IMG/VR virus record: IMGVR_UViG_3300045988_005108
Coordinates: 30,118-94,117 of that record
Reading direction: 5' to 3' (one strand)
DNA: 64,000 nt
Source of the DNA: a virus
The position numbers and the translations under genes are program-made. Below, piece after piece: positions 20,056-29,759 of this stretch. Below the pieces are notes generated by a model, which worked only from the letters and a program-made list of their open reading frames with translations, made no database searches and was not told where the DNA came from. Numbering within the stretch: the stretch's first letter is position 1; every line of letters starts with the position of its first letter.

Positions 20056-20530
20056 GTTTCCAAAATTTACTCGTTATATCTATTAATTCTCCATCACTAA
20101 TCTTATAGAATCTCTGATTGGTAGTCCTACTGTTAAGTGGACCAAACTCTTCCTTATATGGTCCAAGTTTTATATAATCAAAGTTGCACAGGTCAATATT
20201 ATTATTCAACTCTTGCCTCCCACTATACCAAGCTACCTTTATGTAATTATAATGGTTAATAATGAAAGAAGCCAAAGTATTTATTTTGTCTGGCTCTGCA
20301 TCACCTCCCATGAGAGCTATACAGCTAATTCCACTATTCCTCTTGATAAGCTTTCCCACTTCATTGAAAGTCAATTCAGTACCAATATCCTGTGCCAAGT
20401 AAGAGCTATGACAGCCCTTACATTGACATGGACAATTAGATATGTTGATAGCAAGAGTTACTTCATCAGGAATTTCCTGAAAAACAATTTTAGTGTCTAC
20501 GTATTTTAACATTGCTCTTCTAATTTCCAA
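20039..20530 (-). CDS. nrdG: Anaerobic ribonucleotide reductase activating protein NrdG (radical SAM)
   Basis: Cys cluster NCPCQCKGCHS near the N-terminus; about 160 aa; nrdD lies upstream on the same strand; true start may be the internal Met (MLKYVD) at 20512. Confidence 0.7.
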   Translation of the reverse strand: MEIRRAMLKYVDTKIVFQEIPDEVTLAINISNCPCQCKGCHSSYLAQDIGTELTFNEVGKLIKRNSGISCIALMGGDAEPDKINTLASFIINHYNYIKVAWYSGRQELNNNIDLCNFDYIKLGPYKEEFGPLNSRTTNQRFYKISDGELIDITSKFWKHETEN

Positions 20531-21111
20531 ATATAACCTTTGAATACACCATCTCTTTTAATAGCCCTTGAAAGTGAGTTATAATTGCCATTTACAGATT
20601 TAACAGCATCTTTTAATGTATCAAATCTTTCCAAGAACTCACCATCTCTTGTAAATTTACATACACAAGTGTGGTGGGCTAAATAATCATGTTTGTTACA
20701 AGATTGTAAGAAGATAACTTGTTCTTTAGTCAAGGTTTTGCCCTTAGCTTTATGTGTCCTTGACCTTTTTAGATTACTCTCTTTGGATTGTTTAAGTCCA
20801 AGAGTCCCACCTCCTCCTAATGTTAAATTATATCCAAAATTAGGGTCATTAGATTTATAGACAGAAATGTACTTCTGCTCCAAAGTATCAAGTTTTATCT
20901 TTAACTCCTTAACATTTGCATCATCTATCTCCTCTAATATCTCATAGGCAAACTTATCATATCCATATTTCTTTATAGCATTATGGAAATATGACCTCCA
21001 TGAATTAAGAGTATGTTTATGTGCATATATTCTCTTATACTCATTTATAGTTTGACCAATATAGACCTTATTATTGACTTGATTAGTGTATTTATAGATT
21101 ATACCTTTCAT
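20506..21111 (-). CDS. GIY-YIG homing endonuclease, free-standing between nrdD and nrdG
   Basis: N-terminal GIIYKYTNQVNNKVYIGQT (GIY-x10-YIG) with downstream R and H residues; basic C-terminal DNA-binding-like region. Confidence 0.8.
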   Translation of the reverse strand: MKGIIYKYTNQVNNKVYIGQTINEYKRIYAHKHTLNSWRSYFHNAIKKYGYDKFAYEILEEIDDANVKELKIKLDTLEQKYISVYKSNDPNFGYNLTLGGGGTLGLKQSKESNLKRSRTHKAKGKTLTKEQVIFLQSCNKHDYLAHHTCVCKFTRDGEFLERFDTLKDAVKSVNGNYNSLSRAIKRDGVFKGYIWKLEEQC

Positions 21112-21162
21112 TTTTCTTATCTTTCAGCAAAGACTACCTTAGTATCAACATACTTCAACATA

Positions 21163-21402
21163 TTATAGTTTCAATCCATCAGCAGTTGGTGCTACGTAAT
21201 CTCCAGACTTTGGGTCTTTACTTTCTGGATAGGGGTCAGGACTATTAAGAGCCTTTAAGTGCATACCTAGCCACATGATACCCTCTTGTAACTTAGTTAC
21301 TGCAAGGCTTCTCTCTCTTGTAGAAGAAAGCTCTTTCACTTTTTGAAGCACCTCATCAATATCCTTTCTGAGCTGTTTTGTTTTAACTATTTCTGATTTC
21401 AT
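21163..21402 (-). CDS. Hypothetical protein (79 aa)
   Basis: ORF 4 nt downstream of nrdD; helical N-terminal half; no motif assigned. Confidence 0.55.
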   Translation of the reverse strand: MKSEIVKTKQLRKDIDEVLQKVKELSSTRERSLAVTKLQEGIMWLGMHLKALNSPDPYPESKDPKSGDYVAPTADGLKL

Positions 21403-21406
21403 ATTA

Positions 21407-23566
21407 TTAAATATTTTTACTATAAACTCTTTTACTTGCTTCTATTTGTCTATCCTTACCAAAGGACTTGATAGGTCTAAGGTACCCAATTACCCTTGTA
21501 TATTGGGTGATGTTCTTACTATGACACTTTGGACATTCAGTGATAGGATGCTTAGTAATATAACCACAATCATCACACTTACTATTAGGAATATTAAATG
21601 TGAAGTAGTTGGTTCCATTAGCTATAGCAAAGTCTATCAGCTTGAGATACTGCTCCTTACTCAGATGGTCTTCAAGATTAATGTGAGCTGCACTACCTCC
21701 ATCAGTATATTGGTAAGTCTGTCTTCCATGAAGTATGAACTTATCAAGTACTGAGGTGTCATCATGTGCATCATAGAAGTATGAATTATACAAATTCTCA
21801 TCCTCAGGAACCCAATAACCATCTTCTTTATCCCAATTATAGTTCTTACCACCAAGACCTTCAGCAGGAACTACCTCAGAATTGAATAGGAATGGTCTAT
21901 TAGCATCATGGATAGAGTGTGCCTTATTTTGCTCCTTGATAGTACCAAGAACCAGTTGCAAGAACTCAATATACTCCTTATTGTTACCAACAGTCATACC
22001 TAAGAATCTTGCAGCCTCATTCAAGCCATTGATACCTATGGTACTGTATAACTTGCTTATGTAAATATATCCACCATTTGAAGCAGCAAACATGCCTCTA
22101 TCTTCAAGCTCATAGAGCATTGTCTTGAATGCAATATGATACTTGTAGACTCTTTGTAGAATATCTACTAAGTAATCCCTAAGAAATGAAGTATTTTCTT
22201 TCCATCCTCCATTCCTCTTCAATCCATAAGCCTTATTGCAATCCTGTACAATTCTATTGATATTAAGAGTGATTACATTGCATGAGCCAGTCATTACACC
22301 AGTAAGACCTGATGTAGGACTGAAGGTATTCTCTGCAAGTTCATTTCTCAATCTACAGCATGATGCAAGACTATCAGCACTATCTGAAATATAAGTAAAG
22401 AATGAATGCCCCTCTGCATACATCTCAGCAGTGAAGTCCTTATAGTCCTTATCTATAATATCATTGGTCTTTGGGTCATACACCATAGCCATAGTTTCCA
22501 CGGGGAATGTAAGAATCTGCTTGGTTCTCAACTTATTAAAGAACTTCATAAACAGTCTTTGCAGACAATTTACTGCTTCCCATTGAGGCTTAGTACCATC
22601 AGGATAATAGAACTCTCCAAACAATGAATCAAAATATGTATGGTCGTAATAACTCACGTTTGTAAAGGGTGACTGGTAGCTTCTATTACCAGCAGGCTGA
22701 TTTACACCATAGATAAACTGCTTGAATGCCTTATATATAGCATCTCTTACAGTCCTTTGCTTGTTACAATGGTCTGTAGTAGTTACTACATCCAGCTTCT
22801 CATACCAATTAGGACCAAATTCCTGTACAATGTAATAATTCAGTGCAATAAAGTATTCACCTACTGCCACTGCACCTTTACACTGAGAGGATAGCAAGAA
22901 GATAAGATTGGTTATTTGACCACTGAATGATTGCAAGTCATTAGGAGGTGTTGGAGTGATACCATCAATATTACCTACTCCTTCCATCATAAGAGGATAT
23001 AGACTTACAGCCATACAATACTGCTTCAAGACAGGAGTGGTTGCTTCATCATGTGTATAAATGATATGAGAGTTCAAATCCTCTTCATACTTCTTTGCTA
23101 CTTCAGGGTACATTTCATTCAGCTTGTCTTTCATCCTTTGCCTCTGAATAACCCTATTAGTAGTCTTATACACTTCACCCTCAAGGTTGGCAACATTCTT
23201 CATAGTTACATTTGCATTAGCATCTGTCTCTGATGAAGTGGCTGCATTCTCATTAGACTGACTATACTCATTCATATAATCAATTCTTTCCCTAATGAAT
23301 CTTGCTTGCTTATGCTGCTCCCTATAAATGATATAACTCTTTGCTACATCAAAGTGTTTATCATTCATAAGAACATCCTCAACCTTATTCTGTATCTCTT
23401 CAATACCTATAGTATCTCCTTCCAAAGTACCAAACAAGGCACCTATCATGTCATACAAATATTGAGGCATTTCCTTGTTACAAGACTTAAAGGCTTTCTC
23501 TACAGCACTTATAATCTTATCAACATTAAATTCCTCTATACTGCCATCTCTTTTTACTACCTGCAT
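21407..23566 (-). CDS. nrdD: Anaerobic ribonucleoside-triphosphate reductase NrdD
   Basis: N-terminal ATP-cone (VVKRDGSIEEFNVDKI); C-terminal Zn ribbon CDDCGY...CPKCHS and glycyl-radical motif TRVIGYLRP; 719 aa. Confidence 0.9.
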   Translation of the reverse strand: MQVVKRDGSIEEFNVDKIISAVEKAFKSCNKEMPQYLYDMIGALFGTLEGDTIGIEEIQNKVEDVLMNDKHFDVAKSYIIYREQHKQARFIRERIDYMNEYSQSNENAATSSETDANANVTMKNVANLEGEVYKTTNRVIQRQRMKDKLNEMYPEVAKKYEEDLNSHIIYTHDEATTPVLKQYCMAVSLYPLMMEGVGNIDGITPTPPNDLQSFSGQITNLIFLLSSQCKGAVAVGEYFIALNYYIVQEFGPNWYEKLDVVTTTDHCNKQRTVRDAIYKAFKQFIYGVNQPAGNRSYQSPFTNVSYYDHTYFDSLFGEFYYPDGTKPQWEAVNCLQRLFMKFFNKLRTKQILTFPVETMAMVYDPKTNDIIDKDYKDFTAEMYAEGHSFFTYISDSADSLASCCRLRNELAENTFSPTSGLTGVMTGSCNVITLNINRIVQDCNKAYGLKRNGGWKENTSFLRDYLVDILQRVYKYHIAFKTMLYELEDRGMFAASNGGYIYISKLYSTIGINGLNEAARFLGMTVGNNKEYIEFLQLVLGTIKEQNKAHSIHDANRPFLFNSEVVPAEGLGGKNYNWDKEDGYWVPEDENLYNSYFYDAHDDTSVLDKFILHGRQTYQYTDGGSAAHINLEDHLSKEQYLKLIDFAIANGTNYFTFNIPNSKCDDCGYITKHPITECPKCHSKNITQYTRVIGYLRPIKSFGKDRQIEASKRVYSKNI

Positions 23567-23567
23567 A

Positions 23568-24617
23568 TTACAATGTATTTAACCATTCTCTTAAATCATT
23601 AGAACCAGTCTCATTAATGCCCACAGGAACTTTTGGTCTAGAAGTGAGATAAAAAGAAAGCTCTTCTCCTATCACAAAAGGACTCCTCATTTCTATTTGT
23701 TCATTCTTTCCAAACTTCAATGTACCTGCTGCCTGTGTAAATGGGCAAGTCCACACCAATGGGACAAGAATCCTTCTATTGACTACAATAAAATCATAGT
23801 CAAGTAGCTTGAAGTCTTTGAAGTACTCATCCTTATCCATATTCTGCCTTATAATAGCCCAATATAGTCTGGCTTGAATATCATATCTCCAATCTACAAA
23901 GGATTTATAGAAATCCCACTCTGTATGGGAACTTGTTTTCAAATCCACTGGCTTTACCCACTTCTCTTTATGATTGACTATGATTAAGTCAGCCATATTT
24001 CTATACTTTACACCATTGAACTTTCCTTTAAACTTCAACTGATAGAATCTCTCAATATCTGGTTCAAATGGATTATTTTCTGCAAAGTAGAACTGAGTGG
24101 ATTTACTCTCTTTCAATGCTCTTACTGCATTGCACACATCTTGATAGGTCTGAGTATCAAGTATAGTCTTACTACCTGCTATAAATAACAGGTTATAGTA
24201 GTCAGCTCCTTTCTCCTTGATAACCTTAGCCCTTGTCTCAGGCTTCCAGTTCATCTGATAACTCTGATATTCAGTCTCCTTAATGATTGCATCATCAGGA
24301 ATTGCAATAAGACTCCTATAGGAATCTCCATACTGACTGAACAAAGATTTTACCATCTTTGTAATAGAGTCTGGAGTAGAAGGAAACTCAGCAATCATAA
24401 ACCTTTCATCAAACTCTTCTTGACCACCTGTGATAATACTGTCTACAGCACTACCAAAAGTAAGAGAAGGAGTCTCTATCCTATCAAATAGTTTATCCAA
24501 GTTATTGAATCCCTCCCTCTCATATCTTGCAAGGGTTGAATAGCTTAATGCTGGGTCTGCCCTATATGTTTCCTCAGACACATCCCAAGATATACTTCTT
24601 AAAGATTTTCTCTCCAT
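23568..24617 (-). CDS. PD-(D/E)XK family nuclease (RecB/Cas4-like exonuclease fold)
   Basis: MADLIIVNHKEKWVKPVDLKTS (D...D/E-x-K) followed by WRYDIQARLY (QxxxY), the arrangement of PDDEXK_1-type nucleases. Confidence 0.6.
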   Translation of the reverse strand: MERKSLRSISWDVSEETYRADPALSYSTLARYEREGFNNLDKLFDRIETPSLTFGSAVDSIITGGQEEFDERFMIAEFPSTPDSITKMVKSLFSQYGDSYRSLIAIPDDAIIKETEYQSYQMNWKPETRAKVIKEKGADYYNLLFIAGSKTILDTQTYQDVCNAVRALKESKSTQFYFAENNPFEPDIERFYQLKFKGKFNGVKYRNMADLIIVNHKEKWVKPVDLKTSSHTEWDFYKSFVDWRYDIQARLYWAIIRQNMDKDEYFKDFKLLDYDFIVVNRRILVPLVWTCPFTQAAGTLKFGKNEQIEMRSPFVIGEELSFYLTSRPKVPVGINETGSNDLREWLNTL

Positions 24618-24931
24618 TAGTAATAATCTTGATTATATTCTTCACTACTGAAATCTTCATATCCCTCCTGCTCTGGCAATTCAAGTGCCTCACAATAGGT
24701 GTCTACTTCTGACTTCAACTTTCTCATTTCTCCAAGGTCTGCTTTCAGATACTCCTCTTTGGGACTTTCCTTACTAAGACCTTTCTTTACTCTGACAAGA
24801 GATGAATCAACTAAGAGTTGGAGAGACTCAAAGTCCCTACTATTCAAGTACCTATGTGCAAGCTTCACATCTCCCCCAGGCAATGAGGGAATCAAAGCCT
24901 TTATCCTGTCTATTGGTTCTCTATTGTCCAT
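24617..24931 (-). CDS. Hypothetical protein (104 aa)
   Basis: 1-nt overlap with the downstream gene; acidic C-terminus. Confidence 0.55.
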   Translation of the reverse strand: MDNREPIDRIKALIPSLPGGDVKLAHRYLNSRDFESLQLLVDSSLVRVKKGLSKESPKEEYLKADLGEMRKLKSEVDTYCEALELPEQEGYEDFSSEEYNQDYY

Positions 24932-25439
24932 AACTCTTGATAATTTCTATTGCCTGCAAGAGTTGTTTCTTGGTATATACCTCAAAATAGATAGACTTTT
25001 CACCTTTTTCAGTGTATAGGTTATCAAGATATTTTATAAACATCTTTTTCTTGATATAGAATACATCATTCTCTATTCCTTTGGCTTCAATATAAACATT
25101 GAGGTCATTATACTTGAAATAAAAGTCTGGTGTATATCTGATACCAACAATTTTACCTGTTTTCTGAATAAGTATCTTTGAAGTACGGGTGTCTATGCCA
25201 TCTGATAATCTTTTGATTTTCTGCTTATCAGTCTCCTTGTCATAATATGGGGTAATAGGCTCAAAACCCTCCCACAAAGTAAATGTAGTTGGCTCATATT
25301 GAGGTTCAAACCCTTGTTGAAGAAGAGTATTGTATATGCTCTTCTCCAACTGGGATTTGAATGTTATACCCTTAGAACTACTCTGTGTGGCATTCCTAAT
25401 CTTCTTATTTGCCACTCTTGAACATTTCTTTAAGTACAT
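24921..25439 (-). CDS. T7 endonuclease I-like PD-(D/E)XK nuclease (putative Holliday junction resolvase)
   Basis: IRYTPDFYFKYNDLNVYIEAKG matches the yTPDF....(x)..iE.KG core recalled for T7 gp3-type endonucleases. Confidence 0.5.
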   Translation of the reverse strand: MYLKKCSRVANKKIRNATQSSSKGITFKSQLEKSIYNTLLQQGFEPQYEPTTFTLWEGFEPITPYYDKETDKQKIKRLSDGIDTRTSKILIQKTGKIVGIRYTPDFYFKYNDLNVYIEAKGIENDVFYIKKKMFIKYLDNLYTEKGEKSIYFEVYTKKQLLQAIEIIKSYGQ

Positions 25440-25956
25440 CTCTCACAATGGAACAAGCAATTTTTGCGTCACTTACAGACCTAAATGCTGCAAAGTTCCT
25501 GTAGTTCTTGATGTGGGCTTTGTTAGCCTTGGTAATTCTACCATCAAGCATAGAGATTACATAAATCTCAGGACTCTTTTCAATATGGTCCTCATACTTC
25601 TTATCTAACTCAATGGCTATTTCTCTAAGTACCATAGAGAATGCAGCAGCAGGAAGGATAGCATATACACTATTGAGATAGTTATAGACCTTCTCAACTT
25701 TCCAGCCAAGTTTGTCTGCAATCTTCTGAATGTAGTACTCCAGTTCCATAGGAACCTCAGTCTCAACTACAGACTTTGCAGGTTTGGTAGTAGTAACAAT
25801 ACCAGCCTCAAGGAGCTTAAGAAGAATATCCTTAGTCACTTTAACATGCTCAATTACAGTACCCTTACCAAAGAAGGGGTCTTTCACTTTAGATACTTTA
25901 GTCAGAGTGTCTCCAATCTGTACCTCTTTACCATTTGTCAAATAAATCTTTTCCAT
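25405..25956 (-). CDS. Hypothetical protein (183 aa from the internal Met)
   Basis: Track ORF starts at 25992 inside the UDG gene; MEKIYLTNG at 25956 lies after a T-rich spacer and avoids the overlap. Confidence 0.55.
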   Translation of the reverse strand: MEKIYLTNGKEVQIGDTLTKVSKVKDPFFGKGTVIEHVKVTKDILLKLLEAGIVTTTKPAKSVVETEVPMELEYYIQKIADKLGWKVEKVYNYLNSVYAILPAAAFSMVLREIAIELDKKYEDHIEKSPEIYVISMLDGRITKANKAHIKNYRNFAAFRSVSDAKIACSIVRDVLKEMFKSGK

Positions 25957-25973
25957 TTTTTTTTTGTTTAGTA

Positions 25974-26651
25974 TTAATACTCTTCGTACCATTTTATTGG
26001 TACACCATAAATTCCTTTTACTCTATTACTTATATCAATAAATAGTTGGTGTGGCATCTTAGTGCCACTCCTTGCAAAGTATGCAGGATGTTCAATCTCT
26101 ATAATGTGATTGAATCTACTATTGATATAAGGTTTGAAAGTTTGAGCCTGTCTGCCAAATAGCACATATATTATAGCTGTGTCATACTCAGACAAGTTCT
26201 TTAATAGTTTAGCTATGAAAGGTCTCCATATCATCACATGGGAGCCTATCCTGTTCATCTCTACAGTAAGAGCAGAGTTTATCATTAGTATCCCTTGTTT
26301 AGCCCAACTCTCTAAAGTCTGGTCAAAGGTAATACAATAATGTGGAATCTCAAAATTAATGGCTGCTTCTTTAACAACATTTAATGAAGGAGACAAGTTA
26401 TCCTCATTAACCTCCTTCCTGTTACCAAAAAGTATGCCAGTTGCAACTCCCTTTTGTGGATAGGGGTCTTGACCTAACATAACTACTTTTAAGTCCTTGA
26501 GGGGACAAAGCTCAAATGCCCTGAACACATCAGACTGGGCAGGACACAGAGGCTTTCTCCTGTATTCTTGTCCAACCTTAGCCATTACATTATTAAGCTC
26601 TGCCCTGTCAATTACCTTCATCCAATCTCCAAAGTATTCATCCAATGTCAT
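25974..26651 (-). CDS. ung: Uracil-DNA glycosylase (family 1)
   Basis: VVMLGQDPYPQKG (GQDPY water-activating loop), IEHPAYF (HPS-like motif); 225 aa. Confidence 0.85.
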   Translation of the reverse strand: MTLDEYFGDWMKVIDRAELNNVMAKVGQEYRRKPLCPAQSDVFRAFELCPLKDLKVVMLGQDPYPQKGVATGILFGNRKEVNEDNLSPSLNVVKEAAINFEIPHYCITFDQTLESWAKQGILMINSALTVEMNRIGSHVMIWRPFIAKLLKNLSEYDTAIIYVLFGRQAQTFKPYINSRFNHIIEIEHPAYFARSGTKMPHQLFIDISNRVKGIYGVPIKWYEEY

Positions 26652-27418
26652 AGCAACATCATTATGTCCTCAATATTGTCAATAAGGCATTCATTCAGTG
26701 CATCATTAGAGCAGGCAGATGGAGTAGGCTTGATAGGCTCTATAAAGAACTTATCAAAATTATCTACTATGACCTTTACTTTTCTATCCTCTGGATTACT
26801 ACTGAAACTATAATTGTTTCTTGGGAAATTTACATCCCTACTTGTATAATAAGGAATTAATTTCCTGGTGATGCCTTTATTAATCAATTTATCAGGCTCT
26901 AAGAATACTTTAGGGCTGATGTGGCACACAGGTCTGTAATAGACCATAGTATTATCATTATCCTCAGTATGTACACTTCTTGCAGTTAATGTACATAATA
27001 GTAATGGAGTATAACTCTCATCAAAAATGATACCTTTGCCACCATAATACACTTCACCTTTATTGGTGATTATCTTCTGTAATTTTTTATCATATCCAAC
27101 ATTAGTAAACAATTGCTTTATGATACTATCAAAAGTTCTTCTCTCTTGGCTTGGTGTATTATTATATAATGGCAATATTATCTTCTTGATTCCCATAATT
27201 GTAGGAGAAGCCAAATTATCCGAGACCAACTTTTCAAAGTGTTCTCTTGCAATCACAGGTATCTCTACCTCATTACCATTTACTTCAACGATAAGGCTTC
27301 TTCTAAATACATTGTTACTATCAAGAGACAGATTCATTTCAAGCTGACCTGGTGATTCAGACTCACTGCTATTGAAAACACTACTTACACTATATATAAA
27401 TCCTGTGCTAAATTCCAT
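26648..27418 (-). CDS. Hypothetical protein (256 aa), last gene of the E1/JAB cassette; possible beta-grasp N-terminal half ending in GG
   Basis: Start overlaps the E1-like stop by 1 nt, stop overlaps the UDG start (ATGA); SLIVEVNGNEVEIPV...KIITNKGEVYYGG (GG at aa 126-127) is ThiS/MoaD-like by eye only. Confidence 0.3.
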   Translation of the reverse strand: MEFSTGFIYSVSSVFNSSESESPGQLEMNLSLDSNNVFRRSLIVEVNGNEVEIPVIAREHFEKLVSDNLASPTIMGIKKIILPLYNNTPSQERRTFDSIIKQLFTNVGYDKKLQKIITNKGEVYYGGKGIIFDESYTPLLLCTLTARSVHTEDNDNTMVYYRPVCHISPKVFLEPDKLINKGITRKLIPYYTSRDVNFPRNNYSFSSNPEDRKVKVIVDNFDKFFIEPIKPTPSACSNDALNECLIDNIEDIMMLL

Positions 27419-28554
27419 TATACTTCAGTTTTAAGATACATTGTTTCTGCATTATATGTGGTAAGAAATGGCAGGTCTCTGTCAATGAGAGGCTCACATT
27501 GATTAGCACAGAAGTTTACAAACAAATTAACCATATAGGATGCAATCATATTTGCACAGAAGGTAGTTTGTTTATAGGAGCAGACAGTTGCATCAGCTTC
27601 TGTATCAGAGAATAGAAACTCATTATTGTACCTATTGATATTGTACTCATCATCTCCCTTGATACATAATACTTGAAACTCTTCTGCTGCTAATCTACCA
27701 TCAATAAACAAGCAATTCTTTCTCTCCTTTTCTGGCTTGGATTGAACATGATTTACCCATTTATTAAAGAAAAGTCTTCTTGCTGCCATATTATCAAAGC
27801 CACAAATCATAATATCTGATGCCTCAGATTCAGTGGTAAATCTCTCACTTATTGCAAAGACACTGCTATAGCCAGCATAGTTTCTAATCATCTCAGTCAG
27901 TGCAGATACCTTAGGTCTACCTAAATCAGATTGACCATATAACTGACCTGACATATTGACAGCTTCTACTATGTCATTATCATAGATAAACATAGAAGCT
28001 GGCTTCATCCTTGCCAATAAAAAGCCTACATAACTACCAATACCACCCACACCTGCCAAAATAATAGTTTTCTTCTGAATGTTCTCATACCAAATGGCAG
28101 AACTAAACCTACTTGTAGCTTCATCTACAAGCAAAGTTGCAGAGTTTGTAGGTATCTCTTGATGTGCATCTTCTACAGCTTGACCAAGGATAGCCTGTTC
28201 CTCTTCTGAAAGTTCAAAGCTAATGCTGTCACCATCATCTTCTACAGAGTTACCTGTCCTTATAGCCCAAGCCTCTTCAATTAAACTTTTGAAGTGTTCA
28301 TTGACAAAGATTCTACCTGTTACACCTTCAGTGCTACTATATACAATTTTATAGGTATTAGGTACACCATCCAAACCAATAATATTAAGAGAGGCAATGA
28401 GACCCATTCTAATATTATTAAGGACACTATTGAAAGTGTTAAGGTCAGCATATCCCACCTCATTATATTCATGAACATTATTCTCATTGAGACTTTCCAT
28501 AAGGGAATTATAAGCCTCAGTTGCTTCTTGTGGAATTGTTACTTCTTCATTCAT
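27418..28554 (-). CDS. ThiF/MoeB/E1-like adenylyltransferase-fold protein with a novel 155-aa N-terminal extension
   Basis: KKTIILAGVGGIGSYVG (GxGGxG Rossmann loop), IYDNDIVEAVNMSGQLYGQSDLGRPKV, CGFDNMAARR: order and spacing as in ThiF/MoeB/E1 adenylation domains; N-terminal 155 aa lack Cys. Confidence 0.7.
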   Translation of the reverse strand: MNEEVTIPQEATEAYNSLMESLNENNVHEYNEVGYADLNTFNSVLNNIRMGLIASLNIIGLDGVPNTYKIVYSSTEGVTGRIFVNEHFKSLIEEAWAIRTGNSVEDDGDSISFELSEEEQAILGQAVEDAHQEIPTNSATLLVDEATSRFSSAIWYENIQKKTIILAGVGGIGSYVGFLLARMKPASMFIYDNDIVEAVNMSGQLYGQSDLGRPKVSALTEMIRNYAGYSSVFAISERFTTESEASDIMICGFDNMAARRLFFNKWVNHVQSKPEKERKNCLFIDGRLAAEEFQVLCIKGDDEYNINRYNNEFLFSDTEADATVCSYKQTTFCANMIASYMVNLFVNFCANQCEPLIDRDLPFLTTYNAETMYLKTEV

Positions 28555-29759
28555 AATATTAAGTATTTCTGAAGTGCATCAATATACCCTTTGATATAAT
28601 CATTTTCAGGGAGTTTTGTAAGCTCCTCTATCATATCATGGGCACAAATAGCACAAATTTCTGTTTCATCAAAGCCAAGCTCTTCTAATTTCTCATCTGT
28701 TGTATACCATGTCAGATATTCTGTGTAGGTATCTGCCCACATTTTGAAATTTTTCATGCCTTCTTCACCCTTACCAAATCTCTTTTCATACAATGCAGAC
28801 ATTGACTTAGCCCATTTGGTAATGTCAATCTTACTATCATTAGAGATAATAATGCTACCTGTAATCAATTGAAGTACAAGAGACTTCAAAGTGACTTTAT
28901 CAAATGTCACCTGACCATAAGGTAGATTATAGTCATCATCAAATGGCAAGTCATCTACATTATCAAAGAGAGTTGACTGAACCACCTTAGATTTATTATC
29001 TTCCTTCTTGACAAGATTTGCTGGACCTGCCTTTGTACCATAAGAGTTAGCAATAACAGGCTTATAGCCACCTTGATATACAGGTGTCTGAGCTTTCTTG
29101 GCTTTCTCTGCTTTAACTTGCTTGATTTCCTCAAGTCTTGCTGCCATATCTGGGAATGAAAATGTTTCATCTTCATTCTCTATTTTAAGATAGAACCATT
29201 CAATCTCATCTGCATCACTTATATACTCCTTAGTATCTTGCTTTTCACCATCACCAAAGAACTCATAAGATACAGATTCCATGGTCTGCTTTGACTTGAT
29301 TCTCCTTGTGATTGCAGCAGTATAGGAACCTGCATTATTCACAATAAGAGACACAAAATTATTCCTATCCCTACCTTCTTCCTTTAGAGTAGCAGTGTCT
29401 GTTCCACTAAAGAAAGTGCTCATATTATTATGTGAATGGATTAATCCCATTTGACAATCAAGCAGTTCAGGATTTTCACACATATAGGATATTACATCAG
29501 GATTCATATCAAACTCTGTATAGGCTTGAGTTCCAATATCCATGATGTAAATATCTACACACCTTATTACAAGGTCATCATTTTCAAATGAACCTTCATG
29601 TGTAAAGAACAATGTACCTGACCATTCAGTATTCCATACCTTCTGACAGGCAAACCTTATCTTTCTTTCCACTTCTGCTGGAATAATCAGCTTATAATTA
29701 TAGGTACCTGACTTCTGTACCAGGCTGATTACTTTCATGGGTTGCTTTGTTTCTTCCAT
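28551..29759 (-). CDS. JAB/MPN+ (JAMM) metallopeptidase-domain protein with a 240-aa C-terminal extension
   Basis: NTEWSG (Glu) plus LIHSHNNMSTFFSGTD = exact HxHx7Sx2D JAMM signature (H108,H110,S118,D121); 4-nt ATGA overlap with the E1-like ORF. Confidence 0.8.
   Translation of the reverse strand: MEETKQPMKVISLVQKSGTYNYKLIIPAEVERKIRFACQKVWNTEWSGTLFFTHEGSFENDDLVIRCVDIYIMDIGTQAYTEFDMNPDVISYMCENPELLDCQMGLIHSHNNMSTFFSGTDTATLKEEGRDRNNFVSLIVNNAGSYTAAITRRIKSKQTMESVSYEFFGDGEKQDTKEYISDADEIEWFYLKIENEDETFSFPDMAARLEEIKQVKAEKAKKAQTPVYQGGYKPVIANSYGTKAGPANLVKKEDNKSKVVQSTLFDNVDDLPFDDDYNLPYGQVTFDKVTLKSLVLQLITGSIIISNDSKIDITKWAKSMSALYEKRFGKGEEGMKNFKMWADTYTEYLTWYTTDEKLEELGFDETEICAICAHDMIEELTKLPENDYIKGYIDALQKYLIL

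Noticed and set aside
21112-21162. Possible minus-strand promoter upstream of the GIY-YIG ORF (GGTAGTCTTTGCTG).
   Set aside because: The spacing is TA-N3-TTTG rather than TAnnTTTG and there is no -33 TTTG at the right distance, so it is too weak to call.
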